From Chrysomallon squamiferum (lineage: Eukaryota; Animalia; Mollusca), in assembly GCA_012295275.1 (NCBI GenBank), contig CM022678.1, forward strand, positions 6,758,001 through 6,822,000: a stretch of 64,000 bases of DNA, given 5' to 3'. The notes under the pieces were generated by a model. The model saw only the letters and a program-made list of their open reading frames with translations, was not told the origin of the DNA and did no database searches. The position numbers and the translations under genes were made by a program. Shown in pieces: positions 60,937 to 64,000 of this stretch (position 1 is the first letter of the stretch; each line of letters opens with the position of its first letter).

Positions 60937-61750
60937 CATACGTGTGTGTGTATATGTGTGTGGGTGTGTATATATATAAGTATATATAATATAATAAATT
61001 TCGTAAGAAAGAAAGGTAGGCACTACTGAGTATTTGATATATATATATATATAAAAATGTATATATGTATATGTGTGCGTGTGTGTGTATGTATGTATGA
61101 ATGTATGTATGTATGGGTGTGTGCGCGTTTGTGTGTGTGAGCAAGTGTGAATGTAGGCGTTAACGTACGTACGTATGCAACTGCACGTGAATGCGTGCGC
61201 GGATGCACGCATTAGTATAACTGTGTTTCTCTATGTATATTGTAATACACTACACACGTATGTTCAGAAATTGTATATCAAGTATCTACACGTAACGCAG
61301 ATTAACGATGAAATAAATATAGACAAGAGTAAAATAATACATTCCTTTCAAAACTTTGCGAACAATACTAGGTCAACGCTAACATTGTCACCGGTGGTAG
61401 GTATATGACTGAAAGCAACCTCGAAAAATAACACCCACTTGTATAACGACACTTACGTGAAACAGATAAAAATAATTTATAAAAGTATAAACTTTTTGTA
61501 ATATTATAAAATTAAATGGTAATAAAATACCTTGAATAAAAATAAGCACACAAATGTCTTCCGTTAGTTTAGAATGTTTAAACTCCAGTGAAGATTTTCG
61601 AGTGGGCGAGAAATTTATTTTCTTCTGTCAGATATGCACTCGTATGCACTTCCTCCTTGACAAGGGAAAGAATATGACACAAACATCGACGACAACAGCG
61701 ACAGCGACAGTAACAAGAACAAGAACAAGAACAACAACAACAACAACAAC

Positions 61751-61784
<34 letters not shown>

Positions 61785-61964
61785 GTAATGTATTTACCGC
61801 CAAGTATATTCCAGATCGTTCGCTGACAAAGGTCAAAGGTTGCCTACTTTGTTATCAGTCCTGAATAAAAACTTCCTGGTTGCTATGATATCTTTATTTA
61901 GTGCTTTTGTCTCTTACGTCACAACTGTAGACACATTATAAACTTAGGCTTGGCGAGCACGTTA

Positions 61965-62016
<52 letters not shown>

Positions 62017-62209
62017 CGTAGGTATCCAGTAAATTTAAACTCATTATACATTTTTTATAGTTTTGTATTTAAAATCAAAACACAAAGAAGATTTTTTTTT
62101 TTTTTTTTTTTCAAATGTATTTTATTTTATTTCAGTTTTGTTAAATATAATTATAATAGTTATTTTTGAATAAAACACAAGAATGATAAAGTTTTAAATA
62201 ACGTACGCA

Positions 62210-62269
<60 letters not shown>

Positions 62270-62954
62270 TTAATTTAAAATAAAAGATACAAGGAAAATA
62301 CAGTTTTAAACGAAATACATCATTATTATTTTTTTTTAACTTAAACTCGTAAAAAGATATAGTTTTAAAGAGATTACATAACTTATTTTTGTATTTGAAA
62401 TAAGAACACAAGGAATACACAGTTTTAATGGGCATACATAACTTGTTATTTTTGTGTTTAAAAATCATAACCCAGGAATACAATGTTCTAAAGAAAGTAC
62501 ATGCATATTATATTTCTATTTAAAGTAACAAAACATTTTTATTTTTATTTTTATTTTTTATTTTTTATTATTATTACAATAAGCACATAAATATCAAAAC
62601 ATAAAAATTCATTCACTGAAATAAAAATGTCTGGGAAACGAATATTACGTAACAGAAAAAAAAAAAAAAAACAAAAAAAAAAAAAAAAAATAAATAAATA
62701 AATAAATAAATAAATAAAAATACAAATAAATAAATAAAATGCAAAAGAAAAACATTAAACAGTTTCCTTTATTACAGTATTCTTGTAAATACATGACGTT
62801 TAAAATATACACCAATATTAGGACAGCCAGATTAAGAATTTTAAAAAGTTAAATCTTTGAATTTTTTTTACTAATGTTACTATTTTTCACAATAAACAGA
62901 TGATACCGGAAAAACACAAGAAAAAAGAAAAAAAGGTGATAATTTAAGAAGGAC

Positions 62955-62985
<31 letters not shown>

Positions 62986-63208
62986 TGTATGAATACATTA
63001 GTGAATTGACGAATCAATGAATGGATGAATGAATTAATTAATATTTATACGCTTCTTATTAAAGCTTCAGCAATTTTCTAGATCAATGATTATTTGTGAT
63101 GTCACCAGCCTGTATTAAATAAATTGTCATTTTGATGACGTTTTATTAGATGTACCCTCTAATATAAATTCAAAACCAGTGATTTTAATCTTGTTAAGAT
63201 ACAGAGTA

Positions 63209-63275
<67 letters not shown>

Positions 63276-63299
63276 TGTATATATATACAGAGAGAGTGA

Positions 63300-63482
63300 T
63301 TAGAACAGGATGAAAAATATGAAGTCAACGTTGCATGACTTGAATGAAGGAAGACGTCTGCAATTTTCCGCACTAGTAAATAATGAACTCATCAAACAAG
63401 GTCTGTTCAACCCGTCACACAGAGAAACACAAGCGAGGATTGTCAGCACAGATGCAGTTATACGAACTACATTAACGCTCAT
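63300..63482 (-). CDS. Possible small secreted Cys-containing peptide, or an exon of an unresolved gene
   Basis: Real ATG in AAAATG context and a signal-peptide-like N-terminus (MSVNVVRITASVLTILACVSLCDG), in a non-repetitive island between microsatellites. No family recognised. Confidence 0.25.
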   Translation of the reverse strand: MSVNVVRITASVLTILACVSLCDGLNRPCLMSSLFTSAENCRRLPSFKSCNVDFIFFILF

Positions 63483-63544
63483 TTTATATATAGGTGCAAG
63501 GTCTGTTTAGGGTTTATTCTATTTTATTTTATTTTTTGTTACAA

Positions 63545-63646
<102 letters not shown>

Positions 63647-64000
63647 TCAAGTTCTGAAACTAGTCTTCGAGCGTGCGTGTAGATTTTCTAAATATTTAAG
63701 ACAGTCTACACACTAGCTGACTTTTGAAGACAGTTTCTCGACACACTGCCTGAACTGAAAAATCCATCGTACACTGACAGCTATTATTGTTAAAAGTAAA
63801 CACAACTAATGACAAAAGGCAATATTATTAAGAACTCTTCAAACGCATAAGTCGCATACGTACATACGTGTTATGTTACTAAAAATATAAAGGAAGCACT
63901 CGACATTATATGACACGCCTTTGTCGTAGGAAAAATGATCTCTGTCTAATCCATATTGATGTTAAGGTATTTAAGCCTAAAACTAAACAATATCTATATA

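Overview
AT-rich, microsatellite-saturated animal genomic DNA; gene content and intron style suggest a lophotrochozoan, probably a mollusc (inference). Six protein-coding genes can be reconstructed by hand. (1) A class B1 (secretin-family) GPCR with an intronless CDS on the minus strand (6446-7860), with one frameshift and degenerate activation motifs. (2,3) Two tandem secreted PAN/Apple + fibrinogen-related-domain (FReD) lectin genes on the plus strand (17113-22269 and 24138-29422); the first uses a GC-AG intron and the second has one scrambled exon. (4,5) Two paralogous type II membrane FkbM-family (Methyltransf_21) methyltransferases on the minus strand (30599-31537 with degenerate motifs; 39189-40238 intact). 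(6) A six-exon CABIT + Tyr/Pro-rich + SAM adaptor with GAREM-like architecture on the minus strand (52421-59399). Three single-base deletions in short runs break otherwise clean frames, which suggests an unpolished long-read consensus. The most interesting items are the active/inactive Golgi-type methyltransferase pair next to lectin genes, the atypical intronless class B GPCR, and several tandem repeats built from copies of adjacent splice junctions or exon ends. All domain calls come from motif recognition by eye; no searches were run.
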